Virus record (IMG/VR): IMGVR_UViG_3300030099_005086
Coordinates: 46,740-110,739 of that record
From: a virus
DNA: 64,000 nucleotides
Reading direction: 5' to 3' (one strand)
In this document: positions 20,801 through 29,925 of the stretch, in pieces
Position numbering within the stretch: the first letter of the stretch is position 1
Layout: each line of letters starts with the position of its first letter
Made by a program: the position numbers and the translations under genes
The notes under the pieces: generated by a model
What the model was told of the DNA's origin: nothing
The model's input: only the letters and a program-made list of their open reading frames with translations
Databases searched by the model: none

Positions 20801-21428
20801 TACCAACAGTTGTAGGAACTACTTGTGGTAATGATTGTTTATCACTAAAATTTTTTATATTTCTTTCATTAGTTCTTATACGGTTTTCATGATCATCTAA
20901 TTGAAGTCTATGAACACTATGGCTACTTTTAATATCACAGAAAAGATTTTGTACAGCCTCTATCCAACTGTTAAAACTCATTTGTGTTCCACCTACTACA
21001 TCACCATTAAGTTGATTTTCACTTAATACGTCTACAAAACATGTTTGTAAAGATACACTGCATTCAAGAACTTCTTTACAATCTGTTACTGCACTACCAT
21101 TACTACCACCACCATCTTCTTGTAGCTCATCACATAATGCAGTAATCATTACTTGTAATAATTCTCCTAATGTTTGAGGATTACCATAACCTTGTTCTCT
21201 AAGACAATCATAATTTAAAGTTGTAACATCTTGAGTAAGTATGTTAATATCTATATTAACATCAGTAGTAAGTTTACAAAGTTTTTCACCTAATGCAGCT
21301 ACTACAGTACTAACAGTATCACCATTACAAATACTCAAACAAGAAATATCTGGTCCTTGCCATACTACGCAATTACTAGAAATTTCATCACATCCGTGTG
21401 CAGAACTTGAATTATAATTTGGTCTCAT
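17808..21428 (-). CDS. Tail fibre/spike-like structural protein
   Basis: 1206 aa. Cys-rich N-terminal segment, short coiled coil, then an S/T/G-rich beta-structured body; located in the structural module. Confidence 0.55.
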   Translation of the reverse strand: MRPNYNSSSAHGCDEISSNCVVWQGPDISCLSICNGDTVSTVVAALGEKLCKLTTDVNIDINILTQDVTTLNYDCLREQGYGNPQTLGELLQVMITALCDELQEDGGGSNGSAVTDCKEVLECSVSLQTCFVDVLSENQLNGDVVGGTQMSFNSWIEAVQNLFCDIKSSHSVHRLQLDDHENRIRTNERNIKNFSDKQSLPQVVPTTVGTPGRPQDVDIVLKNTESAFGELLNATGTAPQIITGIGYQESGLNQKKTLNGDGNMNGVTGWVTNPSNLAQSFQNLWLTVNDIRNALDGLIDTTSPTTCSGIIYDVIATTVGSVGAVTDINLNFNNSILPAGFTDCNPTGARIKITDDNRNSIESNVIISSFTSSSTGTNISISGLSASSSSYDVEVPFCFSNSAGSQCERIVNRVITATQPKPSISFTPGTTSITATLDASNLSSSDSVRIEMINSAGSTHFNKLYTPPSVSFTAQTIGGTLSSGTTFTVNVYVLPKGVASKEYLASTSQVTTTGITCANISIAAASFNSATNPASGSIDITRQIVPLIISETLSSGSVTNPYFIAACAPVETTPTDTQIVSASVQFATSFVQSLSPFFVPVAGTPKVSVSPGLPVSVNDPDASLVTNSTTYAVTGTPVMGDGWRFVDRIVSPQSITRYVYADYDVDFDTAATINKVVFSCEEPFAIEQNDKFASFVEVSELNTDGTNRFTKTVNAQQNVIAAETDMSFYTYSNTSPSTGTVTFTNNPRKIDTQDFTYQSGSGFKFIDTYTTSGAITKADGSSLTDTSISTLFRALPIQNIYTDIVVFIDSTSISDTEGAKIKTMFTTLEDEIEAQAPGWLGQLYVLPVATFGGAGTTSTPDGYLRCLTSIATKGSAGASGGTYSQFSATTLATGGSWSSATLTPSSNSWWQTGVSLPSNVLVFYFGGKSNGTDGYGNATGAASLGVASSYKLHYTEMNDVLNGLQQSQFGVDNVTASTPKFKLDGMYVIPVVAGSHDGSDGVSKGLLKQVLMAVQAESMTATQYAALKYGTMGLSSSIITEAAMTGTNPYEGVLATTVSGSLTITGLINQKISTIPFIDGYFPLDKEITRKVLQKSITLYNPTYTLPTQQTANRMGSSTFGSGVSSSAACSAKGSGTTIIFNSSGTLFDSNSRAYGDNSASVAQAAYENQDWRYELVDGQYYADSVSSTVAQYKRTFPHWINSASC

Positions 21429-21467
21429 ATCTTTTTATAGATTTATCATTGTATATAACCTACATAT

Positions 21468-21479
21468 TAATATACAAAA
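21468..21479 (-). promoter_or_regulatory. Promoter motif TTTTGTATATTA
   Basis: Intergenic, 40 nt upstream of the 1206-aa gene. Confidence 0.7.
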
Positions 21480-21515
21480 TATTATTTAATTTATTTATTT
21501 TATTTTTCATTATCA

Positions 21516-24500
21516 TTATGGGATAGTAAATGTCAACCCAAGTAAATCATCACCAGCTAGTGAACCTGCAGCTTCTCCATTATTTTTAAATAGAATCTGA
21601 TATGTTTGTCCTGAAACAAATCCATCTATTTCAAGAACACCACTAAGTATAGTTTCTTGTATATCAATAGGTCCTCCTATTACAGTAGGATCAAAAAACT
21701 CTCCAGGAGTTGTTACATTTTCTAAAGAAACAACAGTTATCAAATGCATTTCAACTGTATTTATAGCATTTAAAAAAGGAATATAATTATAAAATTGAGC
21801 AAATCTCATTTTATAAAGTCCAGTATAATTTTGACCTTGATATGTATATGTAACTGGATTATCTGAACAAAATACTTGATTTTCTATTCCCCAAGTATAT
21901 CTTACATTAGTAGATACACCATTACTATTTATAACGTTACCATAATTTCTTTGACCAGTAAATCTAGATGGACCAACTGGATATCCAAGACCATCACAAG
22001 GATTAGGACCATCTGATTCTAATGTAAATGTTGTTGTTGCAGTACAAGCTGCACTACTATATACATTATCTGTAGCTGTTATAGTAAATGTACCTGTAGG
22101 TAATGCATCACTATCTACAGTAAAACCAGAAGAATCAGTTATAGTAAAACTAAAGTCACCTGAACCACCAACAGTACTTATTTGTATATTACCATCAGTA
22201 GCACCATCAAATGTAGGATTAGTTTGTGAATCTATCACTATAGCAAAATTAGCACAATACGTACAAGATCCATCATCTGCATCAGCACTTGGATTATAAT
22301 TATCAGCATTTGGATCAGTACATCCTTCTGAAGTAGTTTGACATAGAATTGTAACTTGTGTTGAAGCAGTGCAACCATAAGTTACATCAACAATAGTGGC
22401 AATATAAACACCAGGTGCTAAAGCAAATGGATTCTGTGGCACACCAGCAAGGTTAGTAATAGTTAAAGTATAATCATTACTACCGTTAACACCAGTAGCC
22501 GTCACATAACCACTAGAACCAGAACATAGTGCATTATGACCAATACTTAAAATTTCTATATCAAAATTATTACAATACTCACAACTTCCATCATCTTCAG
22601 TTGCTTGAGGATTATAGTTATCAGCACCAGAATCTGTACAACCAACAAAACTACAACTACCATCGTCTTGACATGCATTAGGATCATAATTAACTGCAGC
22701 AGGATTAGTACAACCTCTAATATAACAACAAGATCCGTCATCATAAGTTGCAGATGGATTATAATTAATAGCATCAGGATCCATGCATCCTCCAACATCA
22801 TTGCCACCATCTACAGTTACAATCTCTTCTTGAACACATACATCTTTAAGTGCATCTATGTTTGGTGTAATTACTATCCTGTAATCACCAGCAGCAAGTC
22901 CAGTAATTAAAAGAGTAGTCCCTGATAAACCAATTGGCTCTATAGCAGTAGGAACTGTTGCACCACCTGGTAAAGGTATGATTTCAAAATTATAATGTCC
23001 ATATTGTCCTGCAGTCAAAGTTATATTACCATTAGCAATTGTTTCATCAGTACTAAGATCTAATCCTACATTATAAAAATAAATTGCACCATTATGATCT
23101 CCTGCTGCAGCTGGACCAGTATCTGGAACAAAACTATATACAGGATCATATACAGGACAGAATAAACAACTTCCGTCATCTTCTGTAGCATTAGGATTAT
23201 AATTAGCTGATCCTGGATCTGTACATCCTACTATTTTAGGAATTTCTACATCACATTCTTCAATAACTGGTGGTTCACATATTATTTCACAAGGATCATT
23301 TACAGTAACATTGATAAGTGTTGATCTACAATGACCTTGAACTTGCCAACAATGTTCTAATCCAAATGTATGAACATAATCAGATGGATTACTATAACTA
23401 TCTAAAAATATTGTAAAATCTAATTGACCTAATTCATCTGTATGTCCTAAATTACCACCATTATTAATAACTTCATATCCTTGTACTGGTGTACCATTTT
23501 GTGTTACAACTTGAACTTTAACACATTCATAGTTAACTGATTCTAAATCTGTATCAGGATTAAATTTAGGATTACAATTTCCTTTTGCATTTTTAACACA
23601 ATTTATATCAACCCATGCAGGAGCTCCTTGTGCATTTCCATCATAATGTACAATATTATATGTTACTGAATCATATACTTTTTCTTCTTTATCATCCCAA
23701 GCACATAATTCTTTTTTAATTGTTCTTTTATCAATTGTATTATGGCAGATATTTGTCATACCATATCTCATAGATGCCATTGTTTGATAAACATCAGTAC
23801 TAAATTTACATTCAGTATCTATTCTTTTTATTTCTTCATCTGATAATTCTATTTCTGTTATTGTACCTGTACCATCAGTTGTATCATATCTACAACTACC
23901 ATCATCAGTATTAGCTTGTGGATCATAGTTGTTAGATGTAGGATCAGTACAACCATATTTTATAGGAATACATGAGCCATCATCTTCATTAGCATCAGGA
24001 TTGTAATTAAATGAGTTAGGATCAGTACAACCTCTAAGATTATACTGACAAGAACCATCGTCAACAGTAGCCTCTGGATTATAATTTGTTGAACTAGGAT
24101 CAGTACAACCTGGTATATCAACTAATAAATTATTTGGATTTACTCCTGCATTAAATATATTTTGAGTAAAGCATCCATTAGCATCAGTTACTACAAGATA
24201 AAATGCATATTGTGTATTACCCCAACCATCAATACCAGCTGTTTCATTAAATGAAGTAGCATAATTTCCTATATTAAGTAATAAACCTGATGAACCACTT
24301 TGTATTAATTGACCATTACCAATTTCTGTAGCAGTATTAACATCTATTGAAGTATCATATGCATAAAAATCAAAGTTAAGAGGTGCTGTTGGTCCACCTG
24401 ATTCATTTACATTAGTTACAGTAAAATTAAAATCTGTATCACTATTAGAAAAGTAATTACTTTGAAGACTAAAACCAACATCATCACATGGATCTTCTCC

Positions 24501-25889
24501 TACATTTCCACTAACACATGCTTCACATCCAGTGCCTGAAGCTGCGTTAGGAAAATTACCTATAATCTCTATATCTTCAGGTAGTGTAGTTATAAAAGTA
24601 TTTACACTAACTGCATTAGTACCATCAGCTGTACTATGAAAATAAAAACATTGTCCTGCTGGATTATTATTACCAGCAATATTAATACCATTTAATTTAA
24701 TAACTGTTGTATTAGGTAATACAGGTAAATTATTTTCAATATTATTATCTGCTAATAGTTGAAAAAATGCAGCATTTGAATCTACATAAGTTTGTAAATT
24801 AGATTCACCACTTTCTATAAAATCAATTGTATTAAAACCAGGAGCACCACTAGTAGGTAAACCAGCTCCATTTAAACCTATTGTAACAATATTACCATTC
24901 CAACAACTTTTAAATTGATAAACTATTTCTGCAACAGATCTATCATCAGATCTTTCATCATTTACTGAAGTTGATTGAAAATTAAAACTTTGAACTTGTT
25001 CTTGACTTGTTTCTGCTGGTAAATTTATAGTTTCACTACCTTCATCATCAGGTCTTGAATCATCAACTATAAAATCAACTATGTCATTATTTACATCATC
25101 ATCTTCTAAAGAATTATAACTCTCTGATACACGATTACAATTTCTTACTGCAAATTCAAATTTACTCCAAACAACAACTGATCTATTTAAAACACTACTA
25201 AATCTTCCAAGTCTCCTTTTTCTACGTCTATTTCTTCTAATTGATACTGAAACTGCTTTAACTACTCCATTAATACAATAAAATCCTTTAACTCTAATTC
25301 TACCTGGTCTATTTCTATCTATATCAATTATTTCAGCACTTTCTTCATTACTATCATTAACATCAGTAACATCACCTGTTTCAGTATCTACTATTTGATT
25401 TGATAAATTAGATATAAGATTAGTATCTGCTGGACGTCCTTCATTTGCAGCATCTTGTAGTTCCTGTTGAATCTGTTGTACAATTTGTTGATTAGCTAAA
25501 GAAATATCTTGAGCAGAACTATCTTTATCTAAAAATGCTGGTGTTGGCTTAAGATCTTCTGGCCTTGGATCAGATGCTGGTTTTTCACCAAGAAGTGGTC
25601 TATAAATACCTTTTTCTATATCACGTATAACTAGTTGTTCTGCTATAATTAATCCTACTCTTTCAAGTTGTATAGCTGTACATTTAAGATAATCTTTAAG
25701 AACTTTTTCATACTGATCAGAATTAACTTTAAAAACCTTATAATTATGTCTAGATAAACAGTCAGCAATAAGAGAAATATAAAGTTTACTAGCCTCAGCT
25801 TCTTTTCTTAAACTGTCTAAATCTAAAGTTACATTATAAAAATTACCTTTAAATTCATACCTTTGTACTCCGTCTTGTAACCTTAACAT
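21516..25889 (-). CDS. Large structural protein with eight GCTDP..NYNP.A..DDGSC repeats and SprB-like repeats
   Basis: Eight copies of the repeat counted in the translation. SprB-like units, e.g. DGNIQISTVGGSGDFSF...LPTGTFTITATD. Confidence 0.7.
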   Translation of the reverse strand: MLRLQDGVQRYEFKGNFYNVTLDLDSLRKEAEASKLYISLIADCLSRHNYKVFKVNSDQYEKVLKDYLKCTAIQLERVGLIIAEQLVIRDIEKGIYRPLLGEKPASDPRPEDLKPTPAFLDKDSSAQDISLANQQIVQQIQQELQDAANEGRPADTNLISNLSNQIVDTETGDVTDVNDSNEESAEIIDIDRNRPGRIRVKGFYCINGVVKAVSVSIRRNRRRKRRLGRFSSVLNRSVVVWSKFEFAVRNCNRVSESYNSLEDDDVNNDIVDFIVDDSRPDDEGSETINLPAETSQEQVQSFNFQSTSVNDERSDDRSVAEIVYQFKSCWNGNIVTIGLNGAGLPTSGAPGFNTIDFIESGESNLQTYVDSNAAFFQLLADNNIENNLPVLPNTTVIKLNGINIAGNNNPAGQCFYFHSTADGTNAVSVNTFITTLPEDIEIIGNFPNAASGTGCEACVSGNVGEDPCDDVGFSLQSNYFSNSDTDFNFTVTNVNESGGPTAPLNFDFYAYDTSIDVNTATEIGNGQLIQSGSSGLLLNIGNYATSFNETAGIDGWGNTQYAFYLVVTDANGCFTQNIFNAGVNPNNLLVDIPGCTDPSSTNYNPEATVDDGSCQYNLRGCTDPNSFNYNPDANEDDGSCIPIKYGCTDPTSNNYDPQANTDDGSCRYDTTDGTGTITEIELSDEEIKRIDTECKFSTDVYQTMASMRYGMTNICHNTIDKRTIKKELCAWDDKEEKVYDSVTYNIVHYDGNAQGAPAWVDINCVKNAKGNCNPKFNPDTDLESVNYECVKVQVVTQNGTPVQGYEVINNGGNLGHTDELGQLDFTIFLDSYSNPSDYVHTFGLEHCWQVQGHCRSTLINVTVNDPCEIICEPPVIEECDVEIPKIVGCTDPGSANYNPNATEDDGSCLFCPVYDPVYSFVPDTGPAAAGDHNGAIYFYNVGLDLSTDETIANGNITLTAGQYGHYNFEIIPLPGGATVPTAIEPIGLSGTTLLITGLAAGDYRIVITPNIDALKDVCVQEEIVTVDGGNDVGGCMDPDAINYNPSATYDDGSCCYIRGCTNPAAVNYDPNACQDDGSCSFVGCTDSGADNYNPQATEDDGSCEYCNNFDIEILSIGHNALCSGSSGYVTATGVNGSNDYTLTITNLAGVPQNPFALAPGVYIATIVDVTYGCTASTQVTILCQTTSEGCTDPNADNYNPSADADDGSCTYCANFAIVIDSQTNPTFDGATDGNIQISTVGGSGDFSFTITDSSGFTVDSDALPTGTFTITATDNVYSSAACTATTTFTLESDGPNPCDGLGYPVGPSRFTGQRNYGNVINSNGVSTNVRYTWGIENQVFCSDNPVTYTYQGQNYTGLYKMRFAQFYNYIPFLNAINTVEMHLITVVSLENVTTPGEFFDPTVIGGPIDIQETILSGVLEIDGFVSGQTYQILFKNNGEAAGSLAGDDLLGLTFTIP
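22257..24114 (-). repeat. Dispersed ~22-aa Cys-bounded repeats (8 copies) within the 1457-aa gene
   Basis: Consensus GC[TM][DN]xxxxNY[ND]PxAxxDDGSC, in clusters of 3, 1, 3 and 1; also visible as degenerate DNA repeats (ggatcagtacaacc). Confidence 0.9.
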
Positions 25890-26033
25890 TTACTTATTTG
25901 TTATTACCTTTTTATTATATTCAGTTAAGCAAATTTTACATACAGTTTTGCCATCTACAGCTTTAGCTTTTTGACATCCACATGAAAAAGTTGTTTTGCA
26001 GTTTACACATTGATTTGGGTTTGGAGTACTCAT
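25890..26033 (-). CDS. Small Cys-rich, putatively Zn-binding protein, 47 aa; missing from the ORF track
   Basis: MSTPNPNQCVNCKTTFSCGCQKAKAVDGKTVCKICLTEYNKKVITNK. Fills the gap exactly; its TAA abuts the next ATG. Confidence 0.8.
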   Translation of the reverse strand: MSTPNPNQCVNCKTTFSCGCQKAKAVDGKTVCKICLTEYNKKVITNK

Positions 26034-26048
26034 TTTGGTTTGATTACA

Positions 26049-26600
26049 TTAACAACTAATATTACATACAATTTTTTCTAATTTTCTTTTTGCAAAATTA
26101 TATAATTCCATACCTTCATGTGGTGAATTACAATATTCTACTTTAGCTTTTGCAGCATCAATCATAGTTCTTATAAACTTCATTTCTAAAAGTAAATCTT
26201 TCATTTTACCTTTAGGTTCACAAGGTGTAATATCTATATCACAAAGTTTCTTATAATATGAACACATAATATTACAAGTTCTTAAAACGTTATATTCTAC
26301 AAAAACTTTATCATTAGGAGCTACACTATATCTAACTATGTATACTCCATCAGGAACATTAGATCTATTTGAACCACCACATCCAGTTGTTTGTAATCCT
26401 AAATTACAAGCTGTTAATGGTAAATCAAATCCAGGTTGTACCTCTATAAGTTTTCCTTGATTCCTACCTGGTGCTGTTATAAGTAACTCAGGACAAGTGA
26501 CATCCATGTTAGAAGAATATTCACTTACATCTTTTACTCTAAAAATTTCACAACTAGCTACTTCAGGAACCTCTAATCTTAGTATATGTCTATTAGCCAT
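26049..26600 (-). CDS. Putative tail hub/collar structural protein
   Basis: Motif VPDGVYIVRYSVAPN; Cys-rich; lies between the head and fibre genes. Confidence 0.45.
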   Translation of the reverse strand: MANRHILRLEVPEVASCEIFRVKDVSEYSSNMDVTCPELLITAPGRNQGKLIEVQPGFDLPLTACNLGLQTTGCGGSNRSNVPDGVYIVRYSVAPNDKVFVEYNVLRTCNIMCSYYKKLCDIDITPCEPKGKMKDLLLEMKFIRTMIDAAKAKVEYCNSPHEGMELYNFAKRKLEKIVCNISC

Positions 26601-26630
26601 TTATAATAATATTAACTCAGTGTTCATTAA

Positions 26631-26642
26631 TAATATACAAAA
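26631..26642 (-). promoter_or_regulatory. Promoter motif TTTTGTATATTA
   Basis: Just downstream of a terminator and 30 nt upstream of the 183-aa gene. Confidence 0.7.
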
Positions 26643-26653
26643 AATATTAGTAT

Positions 26654-26684
26654 AAAAAAAAAGGTGGGAACTAAATCCCACCTT
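26654..26684 (-). terminator. Intrinsic terminator
   Basis: Minus strand AAGGTGGGA-TTTAGT-TCCCACCTT followed by a T run, after the 434-aa gene. Confidence 0.85.
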
Positions 26685-26706
26685 CTTAATAAATATAATA
26701 AAACTA

Positions 26707-28011
26707 TTACGGTGCATCAAATCCTTCATGAGCACTAAACCCAGTACTCATATCTGTAGGAGTGCTACCAGCTCCAAATGCTTTAACAGCAAGTTGAGTT
26801 AATAAAGCAACTACTTCTGTCTTAAGACCTGAAGTATCAGTACCAATAGTTCCAATTTTAATTAAATACTGATCATTATCAAATACACCAGTAGGATTGT
26901 TAAAACGTGGAACGGTATGTAATAAATAAAATACATCATATAAAGCACTTCTAGTAATACCATAATTAGATACTGTCATCTGCTCAATCTCATTCATACG
27001 TACAGCATCTTTATTACCTTGGTGATAATAGTTTTGCTTGTAACGATCAAACATCAATGAATCTCTAAGTAAAGTTTCACCTTTAGTCTCAGCTTGAGTT
27101 CCTTTAGTTTCTACAGCAGTAGAACAAGAATCTTCACATGGATCACCTTCTCTATCAAAAAACTCAGCAAATAATTCCATTGGTTGTTTTCCATAGAAAT
27201 CACGTGAATCAAATGTAGGATCTGAGAATGTAGTTTCTAAACTTGATTTAGGAGTAATAGTAAGTTTAGCTAAAAAACTAGTAGTTACAGTATATGTACC
27301 TTCAATAATTCCATCTAAAGTTGCAATTACTGCATCTGCATTTGCTCCACCTGTTGCAAAACCATCAGTATCAACACTTGTACTATATCCAGATCCTGTA
27401 TCTATTTCAAGTTTTACATCAACAAGAGAAAAAGTAATAGGATCACTTACAATTTGTTTTGCCCAAGTTGCATAAACTACAGCAGGATGTAATAAAGTAC
27501 CTGCAGTACAATTACAATATCCATCAAACTGTAACAATTGATAATGATTACGGTTTAAAAGTCTAAGAACTGGAGATCCTTTAAGATCTAATCTCATTGC
27601 TTTGTAGTATCCACCTGCAAGTACATCATCACAATCCCAACATCCACCATCAGCTGGAGCTGCAGAAGTAATAACTACACTTGGTTCAAGTCCAGCTACA
27701 TCTGGTTGATGTCCTATAAAGCGTATATACTTAGGAACAATAATTTTGGATTTCCAAGACTCTTGGTATCCTCCGTGGAATTCATTTCCACCTAACGTGT
27801 CAGACAAACCTGTACCTTTCATTGGTGAACCCATACCTATAAGGTATTTATTAGAGGTATTTGCATTTAAACTACCAGATGCTACTGTTTGATAATCAAG
27901 AGCATCTAATACACCTATCTGAAGTGCAGTAAGAGCACTTGATGCTACACCGTTACCAGCAGCAGATCCAGGTACAAACGTTTGTTGAAACGCGTGATTA
28001 AAATAAGCCAT
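26707..28011 (-). CDS. Abundant virion structural protein (auxiliary capsid protein candidate)
   Basis: Starts MAYFNHAF; contains HTVPRFNNPTGVFDNDQY. Has its own promoter motif and terminator; third gene downstream of the MCP, as in crAss-like phages. Confidence 0.55.
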   Translation of the reverse strand: MAYFNHAFQQTFVPGSAAGNGVASSALTALQIGVLDALDYQTVASGSLNANTSNKYLIGMGSPMKGTGLSDTLGGNEFHGGYQESWKSKIIVPKYIRFIGHQPDVAGLEPSVVITSAAPADGGCWDCDDVLAGGYYKAMRLDLKGSPVLRLLNRNHYQLLQFDGYCNCTAGTLLHPAVVYATWAKQIVSDPITFSLVDVKLEIDTGSGYSTSVDTDGFATGGANADAVIATLDGIIEGTYTVTTSFLAKLTITPKSSLETTFSDPTFDSRDFYGKQPMELFAEFFDREGDPCEDSCSTAVETKGTQAETKGETLLRDSLMFDRYKQNYYHQGNKDAVRMNEIEQMTVSNYGITRSALYDVFYLLHTVPRFNNPTGVFDNDQYLIKIGTIGTDTSGLKTEVVALLTQLAVKAFGAGSTPTDMSTGFSAHEGFDAP

Positions 28012-28079
28012 TTTTTTAATGCCTGTTACCAGGACTTTTTTAATTAATAATACGTAACATATAATTGGTTTCTTATATA

Positions 28080-28091
28080 TAATATACTAAA
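28080..28091 (-). promoter_or_regulatory. Promoter motif TTTAGTATATTA
   Basis: Identical to the 5366 and 55458 copies; upstream of the 434-aa gene. Confidence 0.7.
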
Positions 28092-28111
28092 TAAATTTAA
28101 TACATTAAACT

Positions 28112-28819
28112 TTAATTGTTTCTTTCTGCAGCTTGCATTTCTCTTGTATAGTTATTTATATCTGCAATATCACCTGCAATTATAGATACAGCTTCATCAA
28201 TAATTAATTCACATATATCATCTTTAAACTCACAAATAACATCTGCTGCTGTAACCTGAGTAGTATAAGGATCTACACAACCTTCAATTTGTATATTTCT
28301 AGGTTTTCTATAGTATGTTAATCCAATAGATGAAATATTAAAGTCTCTTTTATAGACTCTAATTCTATCTTTCAACATAGTGCAGTATGTTTCACCCCAA
28401 TCAAAATCAGGTCTTTTTAATGCATCTCTCATAATAAGATCTACATTTGCTTCTTCAGCTAAATATACTGTCATTGAACGTGCTGGTTCAGGACAACATT
28501 CAGAAGTTGCAAAAGCACTAACTCTTTTAAACTCTAGATAATCAGTAGGAATATTAACACTTTCTACATAATTTTCTAAAGTACTACTAGCAACTAAAGC
28601 TGTTTCTGATAATAGTAGTTGTAAATCATCTACTCTTCTTTTAGACATTTCATCACCTTCTCTATAGTTATTAGTGCCATGCAACTGTCTTCTACACCAT
28701 TCAATTTGTGCCTTATTAAAAGCTTCAACAATTTGCCAGCATTCTATATTATCATAGTCATCACTGGCAATCTTGTTAAGCCTTTGTTTAAATTTTATTT
28801 GAAGTGTAGTATTATTCAT
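28112..28819 (-). CDS. Head-tail adaptor/ring protein
   Basis: Motifs FNKAQIEW, RRVDDLQ.L, YYRKP and ICELIIDEAV; crAss-like synteny. Confidence 0.6.
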   Translation of the reverse strand: MNNTTLQIKFKQRLNKIASDDYDNIECWQIVEAFNKAQIEWCRRQLHGTNNYREGDEMSKRRVDDLQLLLSETALVASSTLENYVESVNIPTDYLEFKRVSAFATSECCPEPARSMTVYLAEEANVDLIMRDALKRPDFDWGETYCTMLKDRIRVYKRDFNISSIGLTYYRKPRNIQIEGCVDPYTTQVTAADVICEFKDDICELIIDEAVSIIAGDIADINNYTREMQAAERNN

Positions 28820-28821
28820 AA

Positions 28822-29844
28822 TTAGCTATTCCAAAAATCTTCTATTCTTTCCATTAATGATTCTAATGCATCATCATTAATAGGGTTCTTTAAAAATTCT
28901 AATACCTCATGTGTATTTTTACCAAGTCTAGCTTTAGTATGTGCATCAATAATATAACCTTTACTATCAGTAATTATAACTTGATAGAATGTAGCATCTT
29001 TAACTAATGTTCTCAGTTTAAGATTTTCCATTGTGTCACTTGCATTTTCAATAAATGTTTTTGCACATCTTGATTGATTTTCATCATAACCCATACCATT
29101 GATATATAAATCCATATTTTCATATAAAATATCAATTGGTGTAGACTTTATATATTGTGAGCTATCATTATCTGTTAACTTTGTAACATAAAATAATTTA
29201 GTAGTATCTTCATCAAATAAATTTTGTAAACTAGACAATGCTTTATTTCTTAATTTACTTAACTTAGTTCTTGACTCAGTAGATTTTTTTAACTCATCTA
29301 AATAAAATCTACATCCTGATGCTTTTTTAGCATCTTCTAATGATTTTGCAACTAATGAAAAACCACCTGCTCTGATTGCACACAATTTAATTAAATCATA
29401 TGGATCAGTTTTTGGATCAAGATATAAAGGATCATTACCTACTTTTATATTCATCTTACTCCAAAAATCATAGTTATCTGGTTTTAATACAGTTACTTTA
29501 TTCCAAAACTCTGGATCTTTTACATCTATTACATTAGCTGCTAATTGTTGTTCAAGTTCAGCAACCATTGTTCTAATTTCTTTTATTTTTGCAGCTCTCT
29601 CTTTAGTTGGTAATGCTTTTACTTCTGGTGCAAATTCATTTAAACCTGTAATGTATCTTTTAATACCATTGATTTCTAAACAGGTTAATTCTTCCATGTG
29701 GTATACACCATCATGTACTGTCATATTATATTTTTCTAATCCCATATTTTCAAATGCAGGATTAAAGAAAGGACGTACAGCAATAGTTTGATCTTTATTT
29801 TGCTGGTACTTTTCAACAATTGTTAAATCTAAGTTTGTAGCCAT
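28822..29844 (-). CDS. Conserved crAss-like virion/assembly protein directly downstream of the MCP
   Basis: Motifs RYITGLNE and EFLKNP.N; synteny. Confidence 0.5.
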   Translation of the reverse strand: MATNLDLTIVEKYQQNKDQTIAVRPFFNPAFENMGLEKYNMTVHDGVYHMEELTCLEINGIKRYITGLNEFAPEVKALPTKERAAKIKEIRTMVAELEQQLAANVIDVKDPEFWNKVTVLKPDNYDFWSKMNIKVGNDPLYLDPKTDPYDLIKLCAIRAGGFSLVAKSLEDAKKASGCRFYLDELKKSTESRTKLSKLRNKALSSLQNLFDEDTTKLFYVTKLTDNDSSQYIKSTPIDILYENMDLYINGMGYDENQSRCAKTFIENASDTMENLKLRTLVKDATFYQVIITDSKGYIIDAHTKARLGKNTHEVLEFLKNPINDDALESLMERIEDFWNS

Positions 29845-29875
29845 TTTTATATTGGTTTATAAATTAATAATTAAT

Positions 29876-29910
29876 AAAAGAATAGTGGGAGGGTTTCCCC
29901 TCCCCCATTC
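29876..29910 (-). terminator. Intrinsic terminator after the major capsid gene
   Basis: Minus strand GGGAGGG-GAAA-CCCTCCC (GNRA loop) followed by ACTATTCTTTT. Confidence 0.8.
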
Positions 29911-29925
29911 AACAAAAAAGATATA

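Noticed and set aside
22257-24114. CRISPR-like or DGR-like repeats
   Set aside because: The repeats are degenerate, in-frame protein repeats, not identical DNA repeats with spacers; no reverse transcriptase or adenine-specific TR/VR pair was seen.
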